A stretch of DNA of 64,000 nucleotides. Origin: Pseudomonadota bacterium. GTDB taxonomy: Bacteria > Desulfobacterota > Binatia > Binatales > Binataceae. Of this stretch, positions 29,401 to 37,684 are shown piece by piece; the stretch's first letter is position 1, and every line of letters begins with the position of its first letter. Position numbers and translations under genes: made by a program. The DNA lies in assembly GCA_021324455.1 (NCBI GenBank), contig JAJPJA010000100.1, positions 12,068-76,067 on the forward strand, written 5' to 3'. The notes below the pieces were generated by a model, which saw nothing but the letters and a program-made list of their open reading frames with translations, searched no databases and was not told where the DNA came from.

Positions 29401-30271
29401 GGTGCAAGCCATCGAAACCGCGCAGCCCTGGATCGATCGGCGCGGGCACCAGCTTGTTGTGGATGCCGGCAACGGGGACCGGCTTTGGGTAAAGGCGGAC
29501 CCCTCGCGACTGGTGCAATGCCTGACCAACCTGATCAACAACGCGGCGAAATACACGCCCAGCGGCGGCCGGATTGCCGTGCTGGTTGCCGAGGACGGCA
29601 ACCAGGTGAAAATCCAGGTCGAGGATAACGGTATCGGAATAGCGCCGGAGTTCCTGCCCTACGTGTTTGACCTGTTTTCGCAAAGCCAGCGCTCGCTCGA
29701 CCGCACCCAGAGCGGCCTCGGCATCGGACTGACTTTAGTCAAGCGCCTGATCGATCTTCACGGCGGAAAGGTCGAAGCCGCCAGCGCTGGCCTCTGGCGC
29801 GGCGCCACCTTTACGATATATCTGCCCAAAATTGAACCGCAGCAGACGCAGGATATCTGCAAAAATATGCCTTCAGCCAAAGCGGGCACCAAACGCGTGC
29901 TCATCGTGGACGATAACCGGGATGCCGCCGATGCGCTGTCGGAGCTTCTGATCCTGGAAGGGCATGAAGCGCAGTCCGTATACGGCGCGTTGGCCGCAAT
30001 CGACAAGGCGGCGCAGATTTGTCCGGACGCCGTCCTGCTCGATATCGGGCTGCCGCAGATAGACGGCTACGAACTTGCGCGGATGCTGCATGAGGTGCCC
30101 GCATTAAAGAACGTTACTCTGATCGCGGTCACCGGCTATGGCCAGGCCAGAGACAAAGAGTCGGATCGGGCCCGGGTATTCGATCATTATCTGGTAAAGC
30201 CGGTGGACCTCGACAAGTTGTCTGAAATACTGGCCTCACTGCCGCCAAAAGGCGGCGAACCAGAAAATTGA
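26438..30271 (+). CDS. Cytoplasmic tandem hybrid sensor kinase: PAS-GAF-HisKA/HATPase-REC-PAS-HisKA/HATPase-REC (1277 aa)
   Basis: Two H-boxes (SHEFRTPL; AHELRNPL), two HATPase_c G-boxes (DTGTGIP; DNGIGIA), two receiver domains with phospho-Asp (LVLADVMMPELDG; VLLDIGLPQIDG); no TM segments. Confidence 0.9.
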   Translation: MLMNSAANSGRAAPTGYASGEPPGGEMSIRMREFDWSTTPLGPMHTWSPALATTLRIVLANRFPHILWWGPRYIQLYNDAYIPYPGAKHPHQALGRPAAECWSEIWHIIGPPIDKPFRGGPAAWDDDICLVIHRHGFAEETHFTIAYSPVPDETAPGGIGGVLGTVYEITEKVVGERRVVALRDLSARVGDAKTAEEACAIAAATLSAHNKDLPFVLLYLLDADEKRARLAGAAGAAAGDDLSPAQLDLENQARGWPLAQAARTASMQVVENLDARFRQLPPGPWPDPPHTAVVVPIPSNKPHETAGFMIAGVSSRLRLDQYYRDFFNLVRTQVATAIANARAYEEERQRAEALAELDRAKTLFFSNVSHEFRTPLTLMLGPIEDILSEDGELSADNRQRLQVAHRNSLRLLKLVNTLLDFSRIEAGRIQASYEAVDLSELTAELASVFRSAIERAGLRLTVRCQPLSEPVYVDREMWEKIVFNLISNAFKFTFEGGIEISLRQAGRAVALSVRDTGTGIPASEVPHIFERFHRVSNAHGRTFEGSGIGLALVQELVKLHGGSVAVESEPGAGSTFTVRIPLGCGHLPADRIAAPRTLASTGLRAEAYLQEVLGWLADAPAARTAQIEAMPPADDAQPEHKAPRGSRPLILLADDNADMRYYVEQLLKERCEVRAAADGRAALRAAREHPPDLVLADVMMPELDGFALLREMRRDPVLKTVPVIVLSARAGEEARVEGLEAGADDYLIKPFSARELLARVGAHLEMGRVRRDAARMERELRAEAQAARDQLEGVLAAITDQFLACDSGWRCVYANNRVTEFTGLARNQLLGHKLWDIFPAVAGTEFERQLRRAMAERKPTRFEFYFPPRKRWFENHVYPSSSGLTLLSADITDRKRVEERLREADRQKDEFLAMLAHELRNPLAALSAANELLLRIVPPQPSTQAALAMVKRQVGHLSRLIDDLLDVSRITLGRIELRPAPVSIQSVLVQAIETAQPWIDRRGHQLVVDAGNGDRLWVKADPSRLVQCLTNLINNAAKYTPSGGRIAVLVAEDGNQVKIQVEDNGIGIAPEFLPYVFDLFSQSQRSLDRTQSGLGIGLTLVKRLIDLHGGKVEAASAGLWRGATFTIYLPKIEPQQTQDICKNMPSAKAGTKRVLIVDDNRDAADALSELLILEGHEAQSVYGALAAIDKAAQICPDAVLLDIGLPQIDGYELARMLHEVPALKNVTLIAVTGYGQARDKESDRARVFDHYLVKPVDLDKLSEILASLPPKGGEPEN

Positions 30272-30537
30272 CCAGCCGCCGGAGCGATGCTGGCGGCGCC
30301 GTCACCCGGGCGCACCTGCGGATTGCCGAAGCCCGGCGTCGTCGCAAAGCAAGCCTGAGTCTGGGCCGCTGGGCAGATCGCCTTTTCGTGAGCACAGCTC
30401 GAGCGGGCGGCAGGTTTCGCGGCTTCGACATGCCTACGAGTCGATCTCGATGGTTCGGGGCGATGACGACACTGTGCAGGCGGGTCTACAACGTGTGCCA
30501 GCATCCGGGGCGCCACTGCTGAGGATGGAGATGTCAA

Positions 30538-31752
30538 ATGGCTGAAGAGATTTCCGCAACAATGCTGCTTGATCCGAAAGTGATCGAAGATCCATATCCC
30601 TTCTACCGCCAGCTCCACAGGTATGCTCCGGTGTGGCAGGTCCCCGGTACCGAGGTGTTCGTCGTGAGCTCGTTCGCCCTGTTGGCAGAGGCTGCGAGCC
30701 GGGTCGAGGATTTCTCCTCGAACATGCCTTGTTTGCTCTACCGCGACGACAACGGGCTCCCGGCTCGTCTGGCGTTCGGTGATCCGGGTATGCAGGCGCT
30801 TGCGACCGCTGATCCGCCCATCCACACACTGCACAGGAGCACGGTCTTTCCCAATTTCGTTGCAAAGCGCATGGCACTGCTGGAGCCGGATATCGTGGAT
30901 CTTGCCAACGCATGCGTGGAGCGAGCGCTGGACAAAAGGAACGTCGATTTCATGGCCGAGATCGCAAACGTTGTCCCGATTACGATCATCGGTCGCCTCA
31001 TCGGCTTTCGCAACTTTGATGTGGACCGCCTCCTGCGCGCCGCGTTCGATTCAACGGAAATGGTGGGGGCGGCGCTGTCCCGCGAACGACTGATTGAACT
31101 CATGACGCGCAGCAACGAAATTGGAGCCTGGATCGCCGATCAACTTTCGCTTGCCGCGAACCAGCCAGGTGAAGACATTCTTACCTCCATCGGGAGCGGC
31201 ATTGAGAGTGGAGTGCTCAGTGCCGCCGCGGGCATCGTTATCCTGCAGACCTTGCTGGCCGCCGGAGGTGAATCCACGACGAGCCTGATCGGCAACGCCG
31301 TACGCATGATGGCGGACCATCAGGACCTCCAACAGCGGCTCCGCCAACAACCCGAACTCATTCCGAACTTCGTGGAAGAGGCGCTCCGCCTGGAGTCTCC
31401 ATTCCGCCATCACATGCGCTGGGTTCCCAGGGGGGCGAGGCTTGGGGATGTCGATATACCGGCCGGCGCCACGCTCCTGATGTTCTGGGGCGCCGCCAAC
31501 CGGGATCCCGCCGTGTTCGAACACCCCGATGAGATCGTGCTGGACCGGCCGCGCCGCCACTTGGCGTTCGGGCGTGACATCCACTTCTGCGTCGGTGCGC
31601 CGCTCGCCCGCCTCGAGGCGCGGGGCGTGCTCAAGGTGCTGCTCGAGCACACCAGCGGCATCACCCTAGCTCCCGGCCGGCGACCCCGGTGGGTCAACAG
31701 CCTTATGGTCCGACGTTACGAATCTCTCCCCGTGCAACTCGCTCCACGGTGA
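30538..31752 (+). CDS. Cytochrome P450
   Basis: EALRLESP (ExxR), and heme loop FGRDIHFCVGAPLARLE with the proximal Cys; GGATGGAG SD. Confidence 0.9.
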   Translation: MAEEISATMLLDPKVIEDPYPFYRQLHRYAPVWQVPGTEVFVVSSFALLAEAASRVEDFSSNMPCLLYRDDNGLPARLAFGDPGMQALATADPPIHTLHRSTVFPNFVAKRMALLEPDIVDLANACVERALDKRNVDFMAEIANVVPITIIGRLIGFRNFDVDRLLRAAFDSTEMVGAALSRERLIELMTRSNEIGAWIADQLSLAANQPGEDILTSIGSGIESGVLSAAAGIVILQTLLAAGGESTTSLIGNAVRMMADHQDLQQRLRQQPELIPNFVEEALRLESPFRHHMRWVPRGARLGDVDIPAGATLLMFWGAANRDPAVFEHPDEIVLDRPRRHLAFGRDIHFCVGAPLARLEARGVLKVLLEHTSGITLAPGRRPRWVNSLMVRRYESLPVQLAPR

Positions 31753-32099
31753 TAGGACGAAATCGCGTTTAATGTCATTGAACGCGGAAAAGCGCCTGGC
31801 GCGCATCGCCAAGCTTCCGGGCCGCCCCTGGGCGATCTCAAGGCTCAAGCGGCCCCGTATCACCCGTTTCGCGAGAGCGTTGGTCAACTCATGCGCCAAC
31901 AGCGCCGCCGCGCTTACCTCTTGCTCGATGCACTTGAGTGCGAGGTTCGCATCGACGACCCCTTTGTCCACACTCGCGGACTGGCTATCAGGTCGGCGGA
32001 GTCCTCAGGGAAACGCTTTGCTTGCTTTGCGCGGAAGCCCGCGAAGCGGCGAGCCGTATCTGTGGTGATGGCGCCATCGACCTTTTTCTTAAGCGCATA

Positions 32100-32970
32100 C
32101 TCCGACGGAAGCCGACGCCACCAACTCGCTCCGCTTTACTCCGAAGGGGCTTCTTCTGAGGCAAGGGAATTTGTTTTTCAGGGAAAGAAATACGCTCCAC
32201 GAGGGGATACTCATTGGAAAACAACTTTTAAGGGCCTCGAGAACCTCGCGAATGCGAACCGAATTGAAGTAATGGGCTCTGTCATGCGCTATCGTCGGTT
32301 CGTGCAGGACTTCCCTGTCATCGCGATCACCGACCAATGGGAATCAACCCAAATCGGCACGCAACACATATACGCTGTGCAGACGTCTCCGATTGTTGTC
32401 AGACGCGGCATGCTTATGACCACGGACCCGGGCGATCTCGTGCTCGACCCGACCTGCGGCAGTGGAACCACGGCCTACGTGGCCGAGCAATGGAGACGGC
32501 GCTGGATCACAACCGATGTTTCACGCGTGCCGCTGGCGCTTGGGCGCCAGCGCCTGCTCACCGCGACGTTTCCATACTATCAACTTAAAGACGAGGCGCG
32601 CGGCCCGGCGGGGGCTTCGTTTACAAGCGCAAGCAGAACGCCAAGGGCGAGGAGGTCGGCGGCATCGTGCCGCATATTACCCTTGAATCGATCGCCAACG
32701 ACCAGCCGCCCAGGGGAAGAAATTCTCGTTGACCGCCCCGGGGTCGTGAGCGGAATCACTCGCGTGACCGGCCTGTTCGTGGTCGAAGCGACCGATGGAT
32801 TTCGAGGCGGCCGAACGCGACGGCGGCGGCGGAGCCGCGTCAGGCGAGAATTACGCCTCGTTCACCGAAGCGGATGCTCGAAGTGCTGCGCAAGTCACCG
32901 GTGCTCCATGTCGGCGGCGGCAAAGCGGTCAATCTCAAGAACATCCACCCGCCCGCCGCGGCAACGAATT
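32100..32970 (+). pseudogene. Frameshifted, N-terminally truncated N6-adenine/N4-cytosine DNA methyltransferase remnant
   Basis: …LVLDPTCGSGTTAYVAEQWRRRWITTD… (motif I of the beta-class/ParB-type MTases) and downstream …ITLESIANDQPP…, …ITRVTGLFVVEA… pieces lie in three different frames; no DPPY motif found upstream; region is lower GC than flanks. Confidence 0.6.
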
Positions 32971-32985
32971 GATGGTGGTCAAGGA
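32956..32985. repeat. Imperfect 30-bp direct repeat, copy 1 (ccgcggcaacgaattgatggtggtcaagga)
   Basis: 26/30 identical to copy 2 at 33879..33908; lies 32 nt upstream of the MNT start. Confidence 0.8.
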
Positions 32986-33016
32986 CCTGAGAGATTTGCG
33001 AAAATAAGCGCGGGGA

Positions 33017-33373
33017 ATGGCTATGACGGAGCAAACCGACGGCGACCTGATTGCGCGTGACGCGAAGCTGGCGGAGATCGTGCGACGGTTGGCCGACGCC
33101 TACCATCCCCTTGCGATTTACCTGTTCGGCTCGAAAGCGCGCGGCGACGCCGGCCCTGATAGCGACTATGACCTGCTGCTGGTCGTGCCTGACGACGCCC
33201 CGGCGGAGCGGCGGCGCAGCCGGCTCGCGTACGAGACTCTGTGGCGTTGCGGGACAACGGGCGCGGTCGACGCCTTGGTCTGCACGCAGTCCTACTTCGA
33301 CGCCCGGCGCCATCTTAAAGCGTCGTTGCCCGGAACCGTCCTGCGCGAGGGAAAACTGCTCTATGCCGCATGA
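33017..33373 (+). CDS. Minimal nucleotidyltransferase (MNT) antitoxin-type protein
   Basis: LFGSKARGDAGPDSDYDLLLVV = GSx9-10DxD polymerase-beta-like NTase motif; 118 aa. Confidence 0.8.
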   Translation: MAMTEQTDGDLIARDAKLAEIVRRLADAYHPLAIYLFGSKARGDAGPDSDYDLLLVVPDDAPAERRRSRLAYETLWRCGTTGAVDALVCTQSYFDARRHLKASLPGTVLREGKLLYAA

Positions 33374-33777
33374 CCCGGCACGAGTCGCGGACACAGCGGC
33401 CTGGCTGCGGAAGGCAGACGAAGACCTCGCTATCGCGAAGGAATTGTTGAAGCCTTTAAAAGCTCTTTGCGGCGGCGCGGTGTTTCACTGCCAGCAGGCC
33501 GCCGAGAAGGCGTTGAAAGCGTTCCTGGTCTGGTACGATGTGCCTTTCCGCAAGACCCATGACCTGAGAGAGCTGGGCAATGCTTGCATCAGGATCGAGG
33601 CAACTCTGAAAGAAGCGATTGCCGGCGCGATTCCACTTACTGAGTACGCATGGAGGTTTCGATAATCCGGGCGAGCCGGCGCAGCCCACAAAGCGTGAGG
33701 CGCGGGCCGCGTTGGCGGCCGCGCGTAATCTTTACAGCGCGGTCGTGTCGCGCCTGCCGGACGACGTCAAGCCGTAA
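33363..33777 (+). pseudogene. HEPN domain toxin-type gene, interrupted by a 1-nt frameshift/premature TAA at 33663-33665
   Basis: Starts 11 nt before the MNT stop; frame 0 gives …KTHDLRELG…EYAWRFR*; the +1 frame continues (D)NPGEPAQPTKREARAALAAARNLYSAVVSRLPDDVKP*, which completes a typical HEPN C-terminus (…aRYPg…eea…). Removing one A of 'cgataatcc' restores F-R-Y-P-G-E-P. Confidence 0.6.
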
Positions 33778-33878
33778 ACTCCGAGAAGCAGCCGAGTACG
33801 AAGTTCAGGAATCAACGCTGAGCGCGAGGCCGCTCCAAGCGGGATGCATGGCCAGATCGCGGTCAAGGTGATCGCCGA

Positions 33879-33908
33879 CCGCGGCAAAGAATTGATGGCG
33901 GTTAAGCA
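33879..33908. repeat. Imperfect 30-bp direct repeat, copy 2 (ccgcggcaaagaattgatggcggttaagca)
   Basis: Non-coding context; 33 nt upstream of a GTG small ORF with GAGGGAG SD. Confidence 0.8.
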
Positions 33909-33940
33909 GTAGTGACGGCGTTTGAGGGAGATAGCGCAAC

Positions 33941-34099
33941 GTGGCGGCGGATGAAGAGAAGCGACCTCGTATTCCATCGGGCGACATACTGTCCCTGTTT
34001 GAGAAGTTAGACATTCAATCCGGGGAACGAGACGCGACCAAAGCTGCGGTAGCGCAGATCATCCTTTCCTTCAGGTTGCGCTTATTTCGAACTTAGTGG
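33941..34099 (+). CDS. Possible small ORF (52 aa), hypothetical, low GC
   Basis: GTG with GAGGGAG SD 10 nt upstream; positioned after repeat copy 2 in the same way the MNT gene follows copy 1. Confidence 0.25.
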
Positions 34100-34192
34100 T
34101 GATATGAGATCTTCAAGTGCGTTGATTATTGCTGATATACAGTCTCGACTATGATTTTATGACTGGTGGGCGGCTGGAGTGTGGGTCAGAAT

Positions 34193-34228
34193 GAAACGGG
34201 GCGCGCCCGTGGGCGCGCCCCGTTTTCT
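34193..34228. terminator. Bidirectional rho-independent terminator hairpin (AAACGGGGCGCGCCC-GTG-GGCGCGCCCCGTTT) with T-rich tail
   Basis: 15-bp perfect GC-rich stem, 3-nt loop, TTTTCTCCCTT on + strand; 19 nt downstream of the minus-strand TPP-enzyme stop. Confidence 0.65.
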
Positions 34229-34246
34229 CCCTTCGATACCGCCGGG

Positions 34247-35941
34247 TCAGCCGCGCGCGCCGGTCGATCCCAGCAGGTTGCCGCCCAACGTCGGATGGCC
34301 CACCGTCTTGTCGCCGATCACGTTGATGAATGACGGCTTGCCGGATTTGAAGGCCCGCTCCAGCGCCGGCACGATCTGCTCGGCCCTCTCCACGTGCTCG
34401 CCGTGGCATCCGAGCTCCGCGAAGATCTTGTCGTAGCGGATGTTGTCGAGCATGTTGAACGGGTCGGTGCGATCCTTAAGCAGCGGCATCGACTCGAAGC
34501 TCGGACCCCAGGAGCTGTTGTTCCACAGCACGCAGCAGACCGGCAGCTTGTAGCGGGCCGCGGTCTCCATGTCCCAGCCGCCGATGCCCAGTCCGCCGTC
34601 GCCGCTGACCACCACCACCTGGGCGCCGGGCCGCGCCAACTGCGCCCCGATTGCCATCCCGACTCCATGACCGACCGGCGCCAGCGGGCCGGCGTCAACC
34701 ACCTGGCCCATGAAGCGGCAGGTCAGCCACAGGCTGAGATAACCCGACAGCGTGAAGCTGTCGACGATCACGGTGGCGTTCTTGTCCAGTACGCTGACCA
34801 GGTCGTTGGTCAGGCGCGCGGGATGGATCGGCTGGCGGTCGGCGAATTTTTTGGTTTGTTCGACCAGCGCTTTGGCCATATTGGCGCGCCCTTCGGCGAC
34901 CTGCTTGACCCACTCCGAGCTGCGGTTTTTGGAGAAGTCGAGCTTGAGTTCCCGGGCCCGATTGATCAGCTGGCGCAGCACCAGCTTGATATCGCCGACC
35001 ACCGGCACGTCGGCGCCGACCTGCCATCCGATACGCGTTGGCGTCGGATCGACCTGAATGTACTTGGCCTTGTCGTTCCAGGTCGGCATCTGGCCGAAAT
35101 GCTCGCCGCTCCAGAAGCGGAAGCCGAGCGTCATGACCACGTCGGCGCGTCCGGTAAAGGGCTTTTTGAAGGCGCCGCGGATGACCAGCGGATGCTCTTC
35201 GGAAACCGCCCCCTGTCCGGCGCGGCGCGCGTACAGGGGGATATTCGTGAGCTCGATGAATTCCTTCAACTCGGGCCCGGCCTGCGACCAGAACAGCCCG
35301 TCGCCGCCCACGATCAGCGGCCGCTCCGCGCTTTGAAGCATCTCAAGGATGCGGTCGATTTTGGCCGGGTCGGCGGCGGTGCGCAGTTCGTCGGCGCTGA
35401 AGCCGCTGGCGCCGCGGCGCTGCCTGGACTCGTCCTCGGCGTTGTACAGGATATTTTGCGGAATCTCGAACAGCGCCACGCCCTGAGGCGGAGCGATGGC
35501 CTCGCGGAAGGCGGAGCGCAGATCGAATTCGATCGTCTTCCAGTCGGTCACGCGCTTGGTGTACTTGGCGAAGCTGCCGACCACGTCGGAACCGTACGCC
35601 TCCTGAAAGGAGCCGAGCCGATCTTCGTCGTGCGGATGTTGTCCGGAGATGCAGACCACCGCGCTGCCGGTCAGACCGGCCACGCACAAACCGGTGACCG
35701 CGTTGGTCAGGCCGCATCCCGCGGTGACCATGCATACGCCGACTTCGCCGCTGGTGCGGGCATAAGCGTCGGCGGCGTAGGCGGTCGCCTGCTCGTGCCG
35801 CATGTGGATGAGCTTGACCTCGTTGTTGCGCAGATTGGCGAGTATCGGGAACAGGTGTCCGCCGTTAATCGCGAAGCAGTACTTGACCCGGTTCTCGCGC
35901 AATACGCGTCCGATCAGCGCGCCGCCATCGAGTTTGGCCAT
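34247..35941 (-). CDS. Thiamine-pyrophosphate-dependent enzyme (acetolactate synthase / benzoylformate decarboxylase family)
   Basis: ATG at 35941 (MAKLDGGAL...); TPP-binding GDGG motif (…VVVSGDGGLGIGGWD…NN…); three-domain POX/ALS-like layout. Confidence 0.9.
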   Translation of the reverse strand: MAKLDGGALIGRVLRENRVKYCFAINGGHLFPILANLRNNEVKLIHMRHEQATAYAADAYARTSGEVGVCMVTAGCGLTNAVTGLCVAGLTGSAVVCISGQHPHDEDRLGSFQEAYGSDVVGSFAKYTKRVTDWKTIEFDLRSAFREAIAPPQGVALFEIPQNILYNAEDESRQRRGASGFSADELRTAADPAKIDRILEMLQSAERPLIVGGDGLFWSQAGPELKEFIELTNIPLYARRAGQGAVSEEHPLVIRGAFKKPFTGRADVVMTLGFRFWSGEHFGQMPTWNDKAKYIQVDPTPTRIGWQVGADVPVVGDIKLVLRQLINRARELKLDFSKNRSSEWVKQVAEGRANMAKALVEQTKKFADRQPIHPARLTNDLVSVLDKNATVIVDSFTLSGYLSLWLTCRFMGQVVDAGPLAPVGHGVGMAIGAQLARPGAQVVVVSGDGGLGIGGWDMETAARYKLPVCCVLWNNSSWGPSFESMPLLKDRTDPFNMLDNIRYDKIFAELGCHGEHVERAEQIVPALERAFKSGKPSFINVIGDKTVGHPTLGGNLLGSTGARG

Positions 35942-36364
35942 TTCAAACCTCCTGATTCTGCCGTCCGTGGCGCCGCAGCGCATCCGCGCAAGCGTCCGGA
36001 CGCAAGACCGTACCTTTCATTTGGCGCCATCCTGCCACGTTTCGATCAAAGCTCCAAGCGGAATCTGCGCGGCGCCGATACGCGCTTGCAACCGGCAGGT
36101 CTCTGCCGGCCGCCGGCGCCGCCTGTAAATGTCTCCACTTGCTTTCGCTGTACACGGGCTAAAGGTAGAATCGGGACGCGAGATCATTCGGGCGGTCAAG
36201 AGCGCTGGCGGATGACGCCAGGGCAACAGATGGGCGGCGATGCGGGGTGAAAGCTTTCAATCCGGACCGCCCTCTTGACCCGAGCGTAGCCAGTTGATTG
36301 GGTGGCCGGAATCGAATTGCGCTGAACCTTCGATGCTTGCCTCAGCGCCGGTGTAGTGATGTAG

Positions 36365-37648
36365 ATGCGCAGGTGGATTGTATCACTGGCAGTGCTTGTT
36401 CTGTGCTCGCTGGGGGCGAGCCGGGCGAGCGCCGACTTTTTAGGCTTGGATCCGGCCAATTGGGGACTGCCCCAATCGTGGACCTCTCCGGTATTTCATC
36501 CCACCCAGTGGCCCTTCAGCCTGTTTCCGGTTCCCGAGATCGCGACCGACCCGAACGCGGGGACCACGATCGGGATCCTGCCGGTCCTGTTGTTCAACGA
36601 CGAGCACGGGCAGATCAAGCAAATCATCGCGCCCGACATCGCGATCAACACCATTTTGGGCGCGACCGGCAACTTCCGCTATCTGGCCTATCCCTCGAGC
36701 AACACCCAGTACTACCTGATGGGCGGCGGGTCGCAGAACATCGCGCGGCGGGTGGACCTTTTCTACACCACCGGACGCGACCGCGATAAATGGTGGTCGT
36801 TTGAGGGGCGGCTTTTTTTCGAAAAGGATCCGACCGAGCGCTTCTTCGGACTGGGCAACAATTCCTCCCAGGGCAATGAAACCAATTACACCACGCAGCA
36901 GCTCTATGTGCGGGCTACGCTCGGCATCAACATCAGCCACAAATTCCAGTTGGCCATAACCGAGCAGCCGTGGTACGTGCGGATTGAGCAGGGCGCGCTG
37001 GACAATCTGCCGTTTATCGGCCGGCGCTACCCGCGGCTCAAGGGTCTGGACGGCGGCACTGAAGTCATGACCCAGCTAATGGCCAGCTACGACACCCGCG
37101 ATTCGATCGACATTCCCCAAAGCGGCGGCCTTTACCGCGCGTTTTACGGCGTCGCGGACCGCGCCTTTCTCAGTTCGGCGTCGTTCAACCAGGTGGGCTT
37201 CGAAATGCGCCATTACTTTCCGCTGACCCGGCGCATTACCCTGGTCGGCCATGTTTATTCCGAATACACGCCGGCGGGCGCGGAGACGCCGTTTTGGGCG
37301 ATGCCGCGGTTGGGCGGCGAGGAGAGCGTTGTATTCGGCCAGCAGACCCTGCGCGGCTACGGCGCCGGCCGCTTCGTCGACAACAATCTCACCGATTTCA
37401 ACGCGGAACTCAGGACCCGGGTCTACGAAATGACGATCATGGGCACTCACGGAATCCTGGAACTGGCGCCGTTCATCGATACCGGCAAGGTCTTTCATGA
37501 CGCCGCCGGCGATCCGGTTCTGCCGCTTCATCCGGTGGGCGGGATGGGCTTTCGCGGTATAGCGCAGCCCTTCGTGGTGGGTTACGTCGATGTCGGATGG
37601 GGTTCGCAGGGGCCGACGTTCTTCTCGGGCATCAACTATCCGTTCTGA
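36365..37648 (+). CDS. Omp85/BamA-family outer-membrane beta-barrel protein (Bac_surface_Ag type, short, no obvious POTRA array)
   Basis: Signal peptide; loop-6 RGY motif (…QQTLRGYGAGRF…); C-terminal aromatic …GINYPF. Confidence 0.7.
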   Translation: MRRWIVSLAVLVLCSLGASRASADFLGLDPANWGLPQSWTSPVFHPTQWPFSLFPVPEIATDPNAGTTIGILPVLLFNDEHGQIKQIIAPDIAINTILGATGNFRYLAYPSSNTQYYLMGGGSQNIARRVDLFYTTGRDRDKWWSFEGRLFFEKDPTERFFGLGNNSSQGNETNYTTQQLYVRATLGINISHKFQLAITEQPWYVRIEQGALDNLPFIGRRYPRLKGLDGGTEVMTQLMASYDTRDSIDIPQSGGLYRAFYGVADRAFLSSASFNQVGFEMRHYFPLTRRITLVGHVYSEYTPAGAETPFWAMPRLGGEESVVFGQQTLRGYGAGRFVDNNLTDFNAELRTRVYEMTIMGTHGILELAPFIDTGKVFHDAAGDPVLPLHPVGGMGFRGIAQPFVVGYVDVGWGSQGPTFFSGINYPF

Positions 37649-37684
37649 TTCGCGCCGCCCGCAACCGGACATTGCGATCCCCGG

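Noticed and set aside
34394-36250. 618-aa + strand ORF
   Set aside because: It is antisense to the TPP-dependent enzyme gene, with no motifs and repetitive Arg/Gly/Ala composition.
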